A DNA stretch of 58,690 nucleotides from Priapulus caudatus (lineage: Eukaryota). The stretch is from positions 673,988 through 732,677 of the forward strand of contig NW_014577091.1 of NCBI RefSeq assembly GCF_000485595.1. The letters are read 5' to 3'. Under the pieces are notes generated by a model that saw nothing but the letters and a program-made list of their open reading frames with translations, searched no databases and was not told the origin of the DNA. Below, piece after piece: positions 38,300 to 53,136 of this stretch. Within the stretch, counting starts at the first letter, position 1, and each line of letters starts with the position of its first letter. The position numbers were made by a program, and so were the translations under genes.

Positions 38300-40437
38300 T
38301 CCGCTATATATTTACACGACATGTCACATGCTAAGATATTGCACTTGTTAGTGAATTGATCTTCACGGTGGTAAGCCGTAACTGAGTATAGAGGGCGCCA
38401 TATAACAGTTAACTATGTGAATGCGCGCGCCTAGACGTGTAGTGTGAACAGAGCACGTATCATCTATCATATGATATACGTGCTCTGGTGTGAATATACG
38501 CATTCGTACAAATTATTATTGATTGAACATATAACCAATATTATATAATAATAAATGTGATTACTTTTAACAGCTCGCTCACTAATATTTGATACAGAGG
38601 CCACGGGCTGCGTGGTGAATATAGAGTTATCTATTTTTACAAGTTTGACCGAGCATGGAATCGGCACATAAAAGTTGCCAGATAAACCACGTTACTCGGC
38701 ATCCCGTGATGTCACAACTTTATTGGTGCTTTCTTTCCTTTTATATGCTTTTGATATTATACTATATAAGTATATATATACACTTATTATATATACTAGT
38801 ATATATATATATATATAGTATATATATATATATATATAATATTGCCAATTTATCGTTTTCACCATCTGATTTCCATTTAAATGACAGTCCATTGTGCTCC
38901 AAAGCGCGTGTAACTTGGTTTTTCCACGTCCAGGAACCGGTTCTACACGGGTTTTGTCTCGGAAAAAACGGAAAAAAAGTGTGTGGGAAGGCGCTTGAAC
39001 TGAAATGTTACGCCCTCAGCTGCTCGGTCTGCGGCACAGCCAATTAGGTTTTCTTAGTGACTCTTCCTATCAAAACAAGCACATATATAAATAAATAAAT
39101 AAGTATATATATATTAATATATATGTGTGTGTTGGTGTGTGTGTGTGGTGTGTGTGTGGTGTGTGTGTGTTGTGTGTGGTGTGTGTTGTGGTGCTGTGTG
39201 GTGCTGTGTGAGCGTGGGTGTGTTGTGTGTGTGTGTGTGTGTGGTGATGTGTGTGTGTGTGTCGTGTGGCGTGCTGTGCGTGGCTGCTGTGCGTGTTGTG
39301 CGTGGTGTGGCGTTGGCGTTCGTGCGTGTGTGTGTGAGGTTGTTAGTGTGTATATAACTGCTTCATGCATTGAGAAACGGCTAAGCACTTCCTTCTTCTA
39401 TCTTACTTCTTCTCTCTTCTTCTACAGCTCTTCTTCCCTCTTGCTTACTTGCTTCGAAAACCGCGTTCAAAGAATATCTAAGATAGTATCGCTAACTTAT
39501 ATATTTTACCTCACTTCGTTATGCAACCACAACCACGTGCGGGGCCAAACGAATGAGATCAATCCAATTTTCACTCCGGCCTTGCCATCCGCGTTGTTAC
39601 ATGCGTGCCTCNNNNNNNNNNNNNNNNNNNNNNNNNTCCGCTATATATTTACACGACATGTCACATGTAAGATATTGCACTTGTTAGTGAATTGATCTTC
39701 ACTGTGGTAAGCCGTAACTGAGATAGAGGGCGCCATATAAGCAGTTAACTATGTGAATGCGCGCGCCTAGACGTGTAGTGTGAACAGAGCACGTAGTCAA
39801 TCTATCATATGGATATACGTGCTCTGGTGTGGAATATACGCATTCGTACAAAGTATTATTGATTGAAACATATAACCATTATTATATAATAATAAATGTG
39901 ATTACTTTTAACAGCTCGCTCACTATATTTGATACAGAGGCATGCACGGGTGGCGTGGTGAATATAGAGGTTATCTATTTTTACAAGTTTGACCGAGCAT
40001 GGAATCGGCACATAAAAAGTTGCCAGATTTAAACCACGTTACTCGCATCTCTGATCGTGTCACACTTTATTTGGTGCTTTCTTTCCTTTTATATTTCTTA
40101 TATATATATATATAATATATATATATTATATATATTATATATATATTATTATTATATATATATATATATAAGCAATTTATGTTTTCACATCTGATTTCCA
40201 TTTAAAATGAAGCCATTGTGGTCCAAGCGCCGTGTAACTTGGTGTTTTTACGTCAGGACGGCTTCTACAGGGTTTGTACGGGAAAACGGGAAAAAATGTT
40301 GTGGAACCTTGAAAATGAATGTTACCCTCAGCTCTCGGTCTCGGCCACCATTAGGTTTCTTAGTACTCTTCCTTCAAAACAAGGCACATATATAAATAAA
40401 TAAATAAATATATATATATATATATGTGTGTGTGTGG

Positions 40438-40468
<31 letters not shown>

Positions 40469-40469
40469 G

Positions 40470-40512
<43 letters not shown>

Positions 40513-40535
40513 AGTTGTGTGTGTGTGTGTGTGTG

Positions 40536-40567
<32 letters not shown>

Positions 40568-40675
40568 GTGCGTGCCTGCGTGCGTGTGTGCGTGTGTGCG
40601 GTGCGGGCGTTCGTGCGTGTGTGTGTGAGGTGTTAGTGTGTATATACACTGCTTAGATCATTGAGAAACGGCTAC

Positions 40676-40706
<31 letters not shown>

Positions 40707-40905
40707 CTCTCTTCTTCCTCTTCTTCCCTCTTGCTTCTTGCTTCGGGAAAACCGGTTCAAAGAATATCTAAGATAGTATCCGCTACTTATATATTTTACC
40801 CTCACTTTCAGTTATCAACGCACAACACGTGCGGGGGCAAACGGAATGAGATCATCCAATTTTCACTCCGGCCTTGCCATCCGCGTTGTTACATCGTGCC
40901 TCTCT
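38300..40905. repeat. Tandem duplicate pair, 38300-39611 and 39637-40905, separated by a 25-N gap
   Basis: Both copies start tccgctatat(at)ttacacgacatgtcacatg and are colinear, differing mainly by small indels. Confidence 0.9.
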
Positions 40906-42770
40906 ATTCTTCTTCTGCCTTCTTCTTCTTCTTCTTCTTCTCTCTTCTTCCTCTCTCTCCTTCCTTTCTTCTTCCGCTTCCTCCTCTCCTTCCCTCCTTC
41001 GCTTCCTTCTTCCTCCTCCTCTCCTCCTCCTCTTCTTCTTCTTCCTCTTCTCCCTCCTTCTCTTCTCTTCCTTCCTCCTCGCTCCTCCCGCCTCGCCTCC
41101 CCTCCCCCCCCCCCCCGTGCCTCCCCCCCTCTTCCTCCTCCGCCCCTTCTTACTCTTCTTCTCTTCTAACTCCTCTTTTCTTCCTTCTTTCCTTGTCTCC
41201 GTCCTCCCCCTCCCCTCCACCACCCGCCCCTCGCCCCCCCCCCGCCCCCTCCCCCCTCCCCCTCCCTCTTTTTTCCTTCTTTTCTTTTTCTTCTTCTTTC
41301 TCCCTCCCTCCTCCCTCCTCCTGCCCTCCTGCCTCCCCTCCTCTTCTTCTTCTTCTTTTCTCTTCTTCCTTCCCTCCTCCTCCCCTTTTCTTCTCTTTTT
41401 TCTCTTCCTCCTCCTCCCTCCTCTCCTCCTCACTCCTCCTCTCCTCCCTCCTCTCCTCTCTCCTCCTCCTCTCCTCCTCGGTTTCTTCTTCTTCTCTCTT
41501 CTTCTTCTGTCTTCTCTCCTCCTCTCCTCCTTCGTCGCTTCTTCTTCCTCTCCTCTTCTCCTCCTCCGTCCTCCTCCTTCCCTCCTCTTCCTCATTCCTC
41601 TTTTCGTCTTTTTATCGTTTATTTCTTCTTCTTCTTCCTTCCTCCTTCTCTCTTCTTCTTCCTCTTTCCTTTCCTCCTCCTCCTCCTCCTCCTCCTCCTC
41701 CTCTCATCCTCTTTTCTTCTTTTTTATTTTTTTTCTTCTTCCTCCTCCTCCTTCTTCTCTTCTTCTTCCTCCTCCTCCTCCTCTTCTTCTTCTTCTTCTT
41801 CTCTTCTTCCTCCTTCCTCCTCCTTCTTCTCTTCTTCTTCTCTCCTCCTTCCTCCTCCTCCTCTCCTCCTCTTCTTCTTTCTTCTTCTTCTTCTTTCTTT
41901 CTCTTCTCTCCTCCTTTTCTTCTTCATCCGTCTTTTCCTCCTCCTCCTCCTCCTTCTCCTCCTCTTTTTTTTCTTTTTTTCTTTTTTTCTTTTTCTCCTC
42001 CGCCTCCCTCCTCCTCCTCCTCTTTTTCTTCTTCTTCTTCTTCTTCTTCTTCTTCTTCTTCTTCTTCTTCTTCTTCTTCTTCTTCGGAAAACCCGTTCAA
42101 AGAATATCTAAGATAGTATCGCTACTTATATATTTACCTCACGTTCGTTATCAACGCCACACGTGCGGGGCAAACGAATGAGATCAATCCAATTTCACTC
42201 CGCCTTGCCATCGCGTTGTTACATCCGTGCCTCTCTACTCTTCTTCTTCTGCTTCTTCTTCTTCTTCTTCTTCTTCTTCTTCTTCTTCCTCCTCCTCCTT
42301 CTCTTCTTCTTCCTCTTCCTCCTCCTCCTCCTCCTCCTCCTCCTTCCTCTTTTTCTTCTTTTTCGCTTTTTCTTTCTTTTTCCTCCTCCTCCTCCTCCTC
42401 CTCCTCCTCCTTCTTCTTCTTCTTCTTCTTCTTCTTATCTCTTCCTCCTCCTCCTTTTCTTCTTCATCCTCTTCTTCCTCCTCCTCCTTCTCCTCTTCCT
42501 CCTCTTTTTCTTCTTTTTCTTTTTCTTCTTCTTTCTCCTCCTCCTCCTCCTCCTCCATCTCTCCTTTCTTCTTCTTATCTCTTCTCTCTTTCCTCTTCTT
42601 CTTCTTCTTTTCTTCTTCTTCGGAAAACCGTTCAACAGAATATACTAAGATAGTATCGCTACTTATATATTTACCTTCACGTCGTTATCAACGCCACACG
42701 TGCGAGGCAAACGAATGAGATCAATCCAATTTCACTCCGCCTTGCCATCTCGTTGTTACATCCTTGCCTC
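40905..42770. repeat. (TTC/TCC)n polypyrimidine tracts alternating with a ~150-bp segment (copies at ~39455, 40745, 42085, 42621)
   Basis: gaaaacccgttcaaagaatatctaagatagtatcgct...gttgttacat recurs four times. Confidence 0.9.
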
Positions 42771-43312
42771 GCTACAGTCTCACGACTGGCTCTCCAGGTA
42801 CGAGCACGAGTGAGCTGAATCACAAGGAAAGCTCTCGGTTTGACTTAACTTAGACATATAATATTGCCCAATGTGACTTGGCAACACAAATGGTATCATC
42901 GTAAAAGTACCTCAAATGTAGCCTGGCCAGTTTCTAAGAAGGGGGGGGGTCGTGGTGTAACTGAGGAATAACAAGGGAGGAATTTCTTAGGATTCGAACA
43001 AATAAACTACTATAATAATACACAAATACACTAAGAGATTATATATTTTTATTTTTCTCTGATGTATCTAATGTGTTTTAAATCTTACCTTATATTACAG
43101 TACATGGAAATTCGGGAAGATTGAATGCCTTATAATTGAATACACAAGTAAAATGGTGGAATAGAAAATCCCTAGCAAAGAAAAATCTCTGGATGTGGGG
43201 AAAAGCTTTTACTCTAACTGTGCAGTCACGAGGGGATACATTTTTCATAGTTTCAATAAATAAACAACATGTGGGATAAGATGAGACTGTAGGTCTAATT
43301 TTGGTCGACTAT

Positions 43313-46300
43313 CTACATTTATTTACGTTTTTTGCATTAGAGTTTTTGCAAAAAATCTAGGGACAGCTGTCCCATTGCTCACCGAGAGCTGCGGTCCTGA
43401 ACCATGTTTGGTTGATTTAATGTAATCTCATATCTATGTTTATTTTTGGATATGGTGAGACCAAAATTCTGCTCTTGTAAATTAGTGTTACGTTTATTCA
43501 TTTATTTATTTAATAAAGAACACGATAATTTTAAAGTTGACTGTTTTTATGATATGCGTTACATGATTTCCGGATAATGTATGTGTATGTAAGTGATGGG
43601 ATAAGATGATGGTAAACTATACCACTGAATTCTCCTTCCTCCGCCCTCTACGCTTGCTCAGTCGTCTTGTTCCGCTATTTCTATATCGAGTAGCACCTTC
43701 TATTTTCTACCGTGTTCTCTCTTTATCTTATTTCCGTCTTAGCTGTCATCTGCTCTTCTGTTCGTATCTTCGACCCTTAGTTGTTATACCTTCATCCTCC
43801 AATTTTACGCGCCTCTGTTCTTTATTCTTTAATACACTTTCCCTATTCCTATGTCATTTTCTTTTACACCATTCTCACTCTCTCTCCCTCTCCTTCTCTC
43901 TCTTTCTCACTCGCTGTCTTTTCGCTGTTTATCTCCCTAATATGCTCCGAAATATAGGACGCGTACAGTACCAACTGAGTTGCCGTGATTTTAAAAGCTG
44001 CAATTAAACAGGACGGATTTACGCACTGTGGCGCCACCTATTATTGGTTCCATCGGTTATATTTCAGGGTTCTTCCTCTTTCGGCCCTCTTGAAATTTAT
44101 CACATAACGTTGAGTGTATTCATTTTATCAAAGATTCATTAAAAGTAGTCTCTGTAGAGTGCTACAGAGATACGTAATGGACAGTAAATTATTTACTCTG
44201 GATTGTATAAGCATTCTCACATGTTAGCGCGTGACAACTTTCAGAGATAACAAAAGAGAGTCTAGTTAGGGCAAGGTGCCAACCTATATTATGGTGTTGG
44301 TCTGTTGGAAAGCAAACATTGAAACGCGAAAACTAAGGGAAGGGAACCAAAGACGGCCGGACGGCCGGACGGACAGACGGACGGACGGACAGACGGACGG
44401 ACTGATGGATGGGTGCGAGCGTGCGTGCGTGCATGTATGGGCGCGTACGTGCGCGCTCACGCTTTTGCGTGTGACATTGCTGACTTGCAGAACTTGAAGG
44501 TTACCGGCCCGAGTAGAGACGTACTTGGCACAAGTACCTGGCGTGTACTCGCTACAGTTTTATACGAAAGAAAATGTTATATTTACGACGTCGTGAAATT
44601 CTGTGTACGCGAAAAAAATCGGCTCATGTCAAATCAAGTATGCATTTAGAAAATGTTGCTTGCTAGGCGTCGATCAACGGCAGGTGACACCTACCTATTG
44701 CTAGGTGACACCTACCTATTGCTAGGCGACACCTACCTATTGCTAGGCGACAACTATACCTATTGCTAGGTGACACCTACCTATTGCTAGGCGACACCTA
44801 CCTATTGCTAGGCGACAAATATACCTATTGCTAGGTGACACCTACCTATTGCTAGACGACACCTACCTATTGCTAGGCGACAACTACCTATTGCTAGGCG
44901 ACACCTATACCTATTGCTAAGCGACAACTACCTATTGCTAGGTGACACCTATACCTATTGCTAGGCGACACCTACCTATTGCTAGGCGACACCTATACCT
45001 ATTGCTAATCCTCTGCCTATCTACATATCTTACGTTTTTGAATTAGAGTTTTTGCAAAAAATCTAGGGACAGCGTCTTGGCTCACCGCAGAGCTCGGTCC
45101 TGAACCATGTTTGGTTGGTTCTAATGTAATCTCATATCTATGTTTATTTTTGGTCTGTGAGACCAAATTCTGCTCTTGTAATTAGTGTTACATATTATTC
45201 ATTTATTATTGAATAAAGACACGATAATTTTAAATGTTAGACAGTATATAATATAAAAATGATAAATAGACATTACATGATCCGGTATGTATGTCGATAT
45301 GTAAAGTGAATGGCATAAAGATGCTGAGTTAAACCTATATCACTGAATTCTTCGTTAACCTCCGCCCTCTACGCGTGCTCATCGACTACTATCGTTCCGC
45401 CAAAACTTTTCTATATCGAGTAGCCACCTTCTATTATTCTACCGTGTCTCTCTTTATCTTATATCCGTCTTAGCTGCCATCTCCTCTTCTGTTCGTAATC
45501 TTTCGACCCATAAGTTGTAATATACCTTCATCCTCCAATTTTACGCCGCCTCTGCTTCTTTATTCGTTAATAAACACTCTTCACACAACCTATTCCTATG
45601 TCATTTTAGCTTTTACACATTCTCACTCTCTCTCCCTCTCCTTTCTCTCTCTTTTCTCACTCGCTGTCTTTTTCGCTGTTATCCTCAACCTAATTATGCT
45701 CCCCAAACTATAGGACGCTACAGTACAACTGGAGTTGCCTGATTTAACAGCTGCAATTAAAACAAGACGTGATTTACGCACTGTTGCAGCCACTATTATT
45801 GGCTCCATCGGTTTATATTTCCAGGAAGAACAAAAAAAGTTCTTCCTCATTTCGGCCCTCATTGAAATTTTATCACATAACGTATGAGTGTATCATTTTA
45901 TCAAAGATTCATTAAAAGTGTTCTCTGTAGGTGCTAAGAATACGTTAATGGACAGTAAATTATTACTCTGGGATTCGTATAAGCATATCTCACAGGCTTA
46001 GCGCGTGACAGACTTTCAGAACGAATAAACAAAAGAGACGTTAGTACAGGGACAACAGGTGCCAACCTATATTATCGGTGTTGGTCTGCTTGGAAACGAA
46101 ACATTGAAACGCGAAACTAAAAAAAGGAAACCGAAAACCGCCGAACGGACAGACGGACGGACACTGATGGAGGGTGCGAGCGTCGTGGTGCATGTCATTG
46201 GGCGCGTACTCGTGCGCGCTGCACGCCATTTGGACTGTGACACTTGCTGACCATTGCAGAACTTGAAGGTTACGGCCGAGTGGAGACAGTACTTGGACAC

Positions 46301-47460
46301 AGTCAGCCCGGCGACGTACTCCGCTCACAGATTTTATACGAGAGAAAATGTATATATTTAACCGACACCGTCTAGTGAATGTCTATTACGCCGAAAAAAT
46401 CGGCTCATGTTCAATCAAGTATGATTAGAAAATGTTGCATTGCTAGGCCGTCGATCCAAAACGCAGGTTGACACCTAGCCTATTGCTACGGTGCACCCAT
46501 AACCTGTTGCTAGGCGACAGTCCTATTGCTAGGCGAACTGACCTATTGCTAGGTGACACGCTAAGCTTATTGCAAGGTGACACCTACTTATTGCAGGCGC
46601 CCGCTACCTATTGCTAGCCGACACCTACCTGATTTGCAGGCGACCACCTATACCTACTGCTAGGCGACACCCACATATACCTAATTGCTGCGGTGACCCT
46701 ATACCTAATTGCTGGGGTGACACCGACCTATTGCTAGGTGACACCTACCTATTGCTGAGTGACACTGACCTTTGCTTAGAGTTGACACCTACTATGCTAG
46801 TGGACACATACCTATTGCTAGGCGACACCTACTATTGCTAGGCGACAACCTTACCTAATTGTGGGTGACACCGACTATTGCTAGGTGACACCGACTATAT
46901 GCTAGGTGACACTACCTATGCTAAGGATGACACCTACTTTGCTAGGTGACACCTAGTACGTATTGACTTGGGTGACACCTACCTATTGGTTAGGCGACAC
47001 TACCTATTGCTAGGCGACAACTAATCTATTGCTAGGCGACAACTACCCTATGTGCTGGGTGACACCTAGCCATGATTGCTACGCTGATACTACCTATGCT
47101 AGGCCACACTACCTATTGCTATGCGGGGGACACCAATACCTATTGCTAGGACACCGACCTATTGCTTAGGTGAAGCACCGAGCCTATTGCTAAGGTGACA
47201 CCTACTCTATTGCTAGGTGACACCGCCTATTCTAGGCACACCTACCTTTGCTGGCGGTGACACCTACTATTGCTAGGCGACACCTACCATTGCTAGGCGA
47301 CAACCTACTATTGCTGGGTAGACACTACGATGTGCTACGGTGACACCTACCTATTGCTGTCTTGCTCCTCCTCTGCTCGGTAAGCACCTACAATTCCTGG
47401 GTGAACACCTACCTATTGCTAAGGCGACACCTACCTATTGCTACGGCGACACCTAGCCAC
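43313..47460. repeat. Tandem duplicate pair, 43313-45008 (clean) and ~45020-47460 (indel-rich)
   Basis: Both contain attagagtttttgcaaaaaatctagggacag..., a (GACG)n tract and the following 21-bp minisatellite. Confidence 0.9.
44683..45008. repeat. 21/23-bp minisatellite (gctaggYgacacctacctatt)n; noisy arrays also at ~46460-47460 and ~48584-49190
   Basis: About 15 clean tandem units with no intervening unique sequence. Confidence 0.95.
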
Positions 47461-47899
47461 GTGAGGCGTGAATAACGTTCAATCACGCGCGTACTAACAC
47501 AGATTTTGAGATCTGGATTTTAGCCCAAATCTGAGTCTGCCATCCGGATCTAGATTTGATCCATGGATTCTAACGCTAATGACTAATTTTATTGGTTTGG
47601 TTGCTCACTTCTAACCCCTCCGTAGAGTGATGTTATAATGAACGCGCGCGCCTGTGTGGCACTGTGTGTTGTGTGTGTGTGTTGTGTGTCGTGTGTGTGT
47701 GTGTGTGCTGTGTGCAGTGTTGTGTGCATGTGTGTGTGTGTGTGTGAGTGATATGTTGTGTGTGATTGATTTTAATACAGCAGGAAATCACTGTTGGAAG
47801 GAAGGGAGCTGGAAATTGATAATACAAATGAAAGGTGTCTGGTCCTTGCCACGAGACGGTGCGATACACGAGCAATAGACTAGAATCTTATATGATAGG

Positions 47900-50800
47900 A
47901 ACACGTGCGGAGTGGGAGGATGGGATAGATAGTTCTGAGTACATGATGAGTGGGAGGATGGGATAGATAGGTTGGGCTGAGTACAATGATGAAGTGGCTG
48001 GAGAATTGGGATAAGGATAGCAGGAATACATTGATGAGTGGGAGGATGGATAGATAGTTCTCAGTACATGGATGAAGTGCGAGGATGGATTAGATATCTG
48101 GAGTACATGGAATGAAGTGAGGATGGATAGATAGTCTGAGTTACAATGATTGAGTGGGGGATAGAATAAGATAGTTCTGACTAACATAGATGAGTGGGGG
48201 GATGGGATTAGATAGTTCTGAAGTACATGATGAGTGCGAGGATGCCGATCAGATAGTAGTCGAGTACATGTATGAGTGGACGAGAATGGCGATAGATAGT
48301 TCTGAGAGTAACATGATGAGGGGGAGGAATGAGATAGATAGATTCTGAGTACATGATGAAGTGCAGGAGGATGGGAGTAGATAGTTCTGAAAGTTACTGA
48401 TGACCGTGTGAGGATGGATAAGATATTCTGTACATGACATGAGGGGGGATGTGATAGATAGTTCTGAGTACGGTGATGAGTCGCGAGGATGGGATAGATA
48501 GTTCTGAGGACATCGATGTAAGTGGGAGGATGAGGATAGATTAGTTCTGAAGTACGATNNNNNNNNNNNNNNNNNNNNNNNNNCGGTGACAACTAATTTA
48601 ACCTATTGCTAGGGTATGACACCTACCTATTGCTGGGTGACACCTACCTTATTGCTAGCGTGAACACTTCTATTGCTAAGTGCACACTGAGCCTTATTGC
48701 TAGGTACACCTACCTGATTGTAGACGACACTATACCTTGCTAGGTGACACCTACCTATTTGCTAGGCACCACCTACCATATTGCTAGGTGACACCTTAGC
48801 TAATGCGAGTGACACGAACTTATGTCTGAGGCGACAACCTACCTATGCTTGGCGACTATCCTATCCTATTGCTATGGCCACACACTAGCTATGCTCTATG
48901 GCGACACCTATATCCTATTGCTATTACGACACCTATTACGCTTTGTAGGCGACACCGTACCTAATTTGTCGGGGTGACACTACCTATTGCTAGGTGACAC
49001 TACCTATTGCTAGCGTGACACCCACCTATTGCTCAGGCGACACTTATACCTATTGCTAGGCCACACCTTTACCTTTGCTGGGGTTGACACCTAACTATTG
49101 CTAGGCGACACCTATCTATTGATTAGCCGTGACACCCTACCTATTGCGCTGCGGTTGACACCTACCTATGCTAAGCGACACCTACCTAACGTGGAGGCGT
49201 AATAAACATTAATCACGCGCGTATAAAAGATTTTGGACTCTGGATTTAGACCCCAATCTGAATCTGCATCCGGATCTAGATTTGCATCTGGATCTAACGC
49301 TAATGCTAATTATTATTGCGTTTGTTGCTCCACTTCTACACCCGTCCGTAGGATCTGATGTATAATAGAAACGCCGCGCGCCTGTGTATGTGTGTTGTAT
49401 GACATGTGTGTGGTGGCTGGCTGTGTGTGGTGTGGTGTGTGTTGCTTCGTGCTGTGTGGTAGTGTTGTGTGTGTGTGTGTGTATGTGTGTGTGTATTTTA
49501 ATAAAAGCGAGAAATCATGTTAGGAATGAATGGAGCTGGAAATTGTAATAAATGAATCTGTGTCCTTGCGCACGAGACGGTTTTGCGATACACGAGCAAT
49601 TAGGACCTAGAATCTTATGATTATAGGAAACGTGACGGAGTGGTAGGAGGATGGGATAGATAGTTCTGAGTACATGATGATGGGAGGATGGGATAAGAAC
49701 GTTCTTGAGTACATGCATGAGTGGAGGATGGGATAAGATAGTTCTGAGTACATGATGAGTGGGAGGATGGGATAGATAGTTCTTGAGTACAGATGAGTGG
49801 GAGGATGGATAGGATAGTCTGAGTTACCATGATGAGTTGGAGGATGTGATAGAGTAAGTTCTGAGTAAATTAATAGTGAATTAATGGGATAGACTCAGCT
49901 AGGCAATACATGATGGAGTGGGAGGATGGATAGACTAGTTCTGAGTACATGATGAGTGGGAGGGATGGGATAGATAGTTCTGAGTACATGATAAGTGGGG
50001 AGGGATGGTGGATAGATTAGTTCTTGGGAAGTACCATGAATTGAGGTGGGAGGATAGAATAGATTAGTTCTGAGTACATTTGATGAGATGGGAGGGACTG
50101 GGATAGATAGTTCTATACACTGATGAGTGGGAGGATGGGATTAGATAGTTCTGAGTATCATGACTGAGTGGGAGGATGGATACGATAGTTTGAGTACATG
50201 ATGAGTGGGCAGGATGGGATAGATCAGTTATCTATGGAGTACATGATGAGTGGGAGGATGGGATATTATAGTTCTGAGTAATTGATGATGGGGAGGATGT
50301 AGATAGATAGGTTGCTGAGTACGTGATTTTTTTGGAAGGGGCAGGATGGGAAGATAGCTTCAGAATACATGATGAGTGGGAGGATGGGATAGATGGTGGC
50401 TGAGTACAACTTGATGAGTGGTGGAGAGATTGGGATAGGTAGTTCGATTACATGATTGAGTGGGAGGATGGGATAGATAGTTCTCAGTACATGATGAGTG
50501 CGGAGGATGATAATAGATAGTTCTGGAGTACATGGATTGAAGTGAGGACGGGATAGATAGTCTGGAGTTACATGATTGAGTGTTGTGAGGAAGATAAGAT
50601 AGTTCTGCAGCTACATAATGAGTGGGGAGGATGGGATTAGATAGTTCTGAGTACATGATGAGTGCGGAAGGATCCGGGATCATATAGTAGTCTGAGTACA
50701 TTGATGAGTGGAGGAAGGCGGATAGAATAGTTCTGAGAGTAACATGATGAGGGAGGATGGGAATAGATGTAGTTCTGAGTACATGATGAGTCGGAGGATG

Positions 50801-51120
50801 GGAGTTCAGATAGTTCTGAAGTACTGATGACCGTGTGAGGATGGGATAAGATAGTTCTAGTACATGCATGGGGGGGATGTGATAGATAGTTCTGAGGTAC
50901 GTGTGAGTCGCGAGGATGCGGATAGATAGTGTCTGGAGACATGATGAAGTGGGAGGATGGTGATAGATAGTTCTGAGTACATGATGAGTAGCGAGGATGG
51001 ATAGATAGTTCTGAGTACATCAATGACGTGGGGAGGATGGAATAGTATAGTTCGGAGTAGCATGGATGGTGGAGGAGGATGGGATAGATAGTTCTGAGTA
51101 GCATGATGATGGTGTGAGGA
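47900..51120. repeat. 38-bp minisatellite (gatgagtgggaggatgggatagatagttctgagtacat)n in arrays at 47900-48558 and 49630-51120; clean units at 55177-55310
   Basis: Period 38 measured from agttctgagt at 55201 and 55239. The flank 47460-47900 is duplicated at 49190-49630. Confidence 0.93.
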
Positions 51121-52884
51121 TGAGTATTAGCTTTAGGAGTACGTGCAGTAGGTGGTTCAAGGACTGGAATACATGCGGCTGTTATAGTTCAAGAAGGATG
51201 TACGATTAGCAGCGACTGGTTTCATCTCGCTTACGCTCTCCTGCCCCAGTCTTTGATTTTCACACGCTCTATTACGTCTTCTTTCTCTTCTACAATTTCA
51301 CCTCTTTCCTCTCATCTTTCTCGCTGTTTCGCCATCCTCTACTCTCTCACTGCGGCTCTCTGCGCTTCCGCGCTCTTTGTTCTGCTCTACTTGGGCGTTC
51401 CCATGCTCGGCGACTAGACCTGGTTTATTGCCCTGATATTGCCTAGCTGGCTGGCGGCGGCAGCTGCAGTCAAAACACACACACATACAAGCTTCGCACG
51501 CAGTGAATGAGAGCGCGCAAGAAGAGCGAGAGATGAGAGCTTATACTGACTGCGTGTTACTGTAAGTTTTCTCAACGTTTTTCACATCGCTGCACGCTAT
51601 CATCAGGATGCAAGCTGCGCAGGTGCTCGTTGTTAGCAATTAGAGCAAACGGCCCCCGCACTTCAGTGGCAGTCAAGAGTTATCTTCATCGTCATCATCG
51701 CGTATTTGATGTCATGCAGGTATGTACTGTTTCGATATACAGCCTGGCCTGTATAGTTTTCGCAGTTATGTTTGCGCGACTCTCCGGTTAGTTTATTTGT
51801 CGCGTAATTACTCGGCAGAATGATCATTATTTAACTTATTAACTATTATTACTCGTGTTGAACTCGGAATGTGCGGGTATGCGAGCCGGCTGCATACGTG
51901 TGTTTTAGTCACGTACACACGACGGATATCGATATTATATAATCGGGTAATAGACACGCACGTGTTATGTCGCGTGGCGTGCCTGTGTGTCTGGTGTATT
52001 GTGTTGCGGACGTGCGGGTGTGTGTGGTGTGCCATGCGTGCCTGGACTGGCGTGTGCCATTCGTCTGTATTGTGTGCGTTGCATTACGAGCGTGTGGTCA
52101 CTAGCAGGGGGTATACAATGTACCGTGTATGCAGCATGCCATGTACCATAGATTGTGTGTAAATACGTGCACATACACAGCAACAGAGGTCTATGTCAAA
52201 CATCAAGATAGTGCCTGCAGTGTTACTGTATGGTCCGGCATGTTTGGTAAAATAATCTGTTTGAAGGTTAAATCGGATACCATAGGGTCCCTTTTCTTTA
52301 CTTACCTTCAACGCTGGCTAGGTGCGTCTGAATCCTTTTCATTAACTGTTGTTGTTTTTATGCTTTCTATAAATCTGGTATGGCAGTTATGTCCGTCTTT
52401 TTTCTCGCTATCTGTCTCTTCTCGCGTTCGTATATATAGATATATATATATATATATACTATATTAGGTATATATATATACATATATACTATATATATAT
52501 ATATATGATATATTATATATATATATATATATAATAATATATTAATAATATCAGTCGCAGTCTCTCGCCTTATTTCTCTATGTTGCCCGACCCTGCCTCC
52601 GCCGCTCTCCTTAATTTCGTCTTTATTTGTCCATCTTTCCCTCTCTCTGTATTCTCTGCTCCAGTTCTATCCCTTTTAAATTCCACTCGTCTCGTCTCTT
52701 GTCTCTCACCGTGCTCGTTTTACATGTCTCATTCGATACCCGCTCTCCTCTCTCCCTCCCGCTCTTTATCTAACGCTCCCGCCGCTGCGCATTCTGTTGT
52801 ACACTCTCACCTAATTTCAGACTCACTTTTTGCGCATTCTAAGATTTCAACTTCCTGCCTTTTTGTTTTGATATTTTGTTTTAG

Positions 52885-53016
52885 AGCAATGAGGCAGAAC
52901 ATCATCGTCACCATCACCGTCGTAGTGCTGGCTATATGTTGCTGACTGAATGCCAGGCGGGTGACACATGTCGTCGAGGATGGACCCGCCACACGCAGGT
53001 CGCGCAAGGCAGCCTG
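52885..53016 (+). other. Candidate orphan exon (132 nt); duplicate at 57008-57139
   Basis: Acceptor ttttgttttag and donor CTG|gtgagg. The phase-0 frame is open: SNEAEHHRHHHRRSAGYMLLTECQAGDTCRRGWTRHTQVAQGSL. No recognised homology. Confidence 0.25.
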
Positions 53017-53034
53017 GTGAGGGTGAGGCGAGTG

Positions 53035-53070
<36 letters not shown>

Positions 53071-53090
53071 CGCTGTGTGTGCGGCTGTGT

Positions 53091-53136
<46 letters not shown>

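Noticed and set aside
39455..42770. Repeat-spacer-like array (150-bp segment alternating with variable tracts)
   Set aside because: The apparent spacers are noisy (TTC)n tracts; best explained as repeated gap-fill reads.
44250..44530. Second HINE-like element suggested by a (GACG/GACA)n tract
   Set aside because: I could not find matching subterminal inverted repeats or a terminal hairpin.
44683..51120. CRISPR-like appearance of the 21-bp and 38-bp arrays
   Set aside because: Head-to-tail units with no unique spacers, no cas genes, and a eukaryotic context.
52580..52945. 121-aa ORF present twice (also 56703-57068) as a duplicated gene
   Set aside because: Mostly polypyrimidine intron-like sequence; the identity of the two copies reflects the duplicated block.
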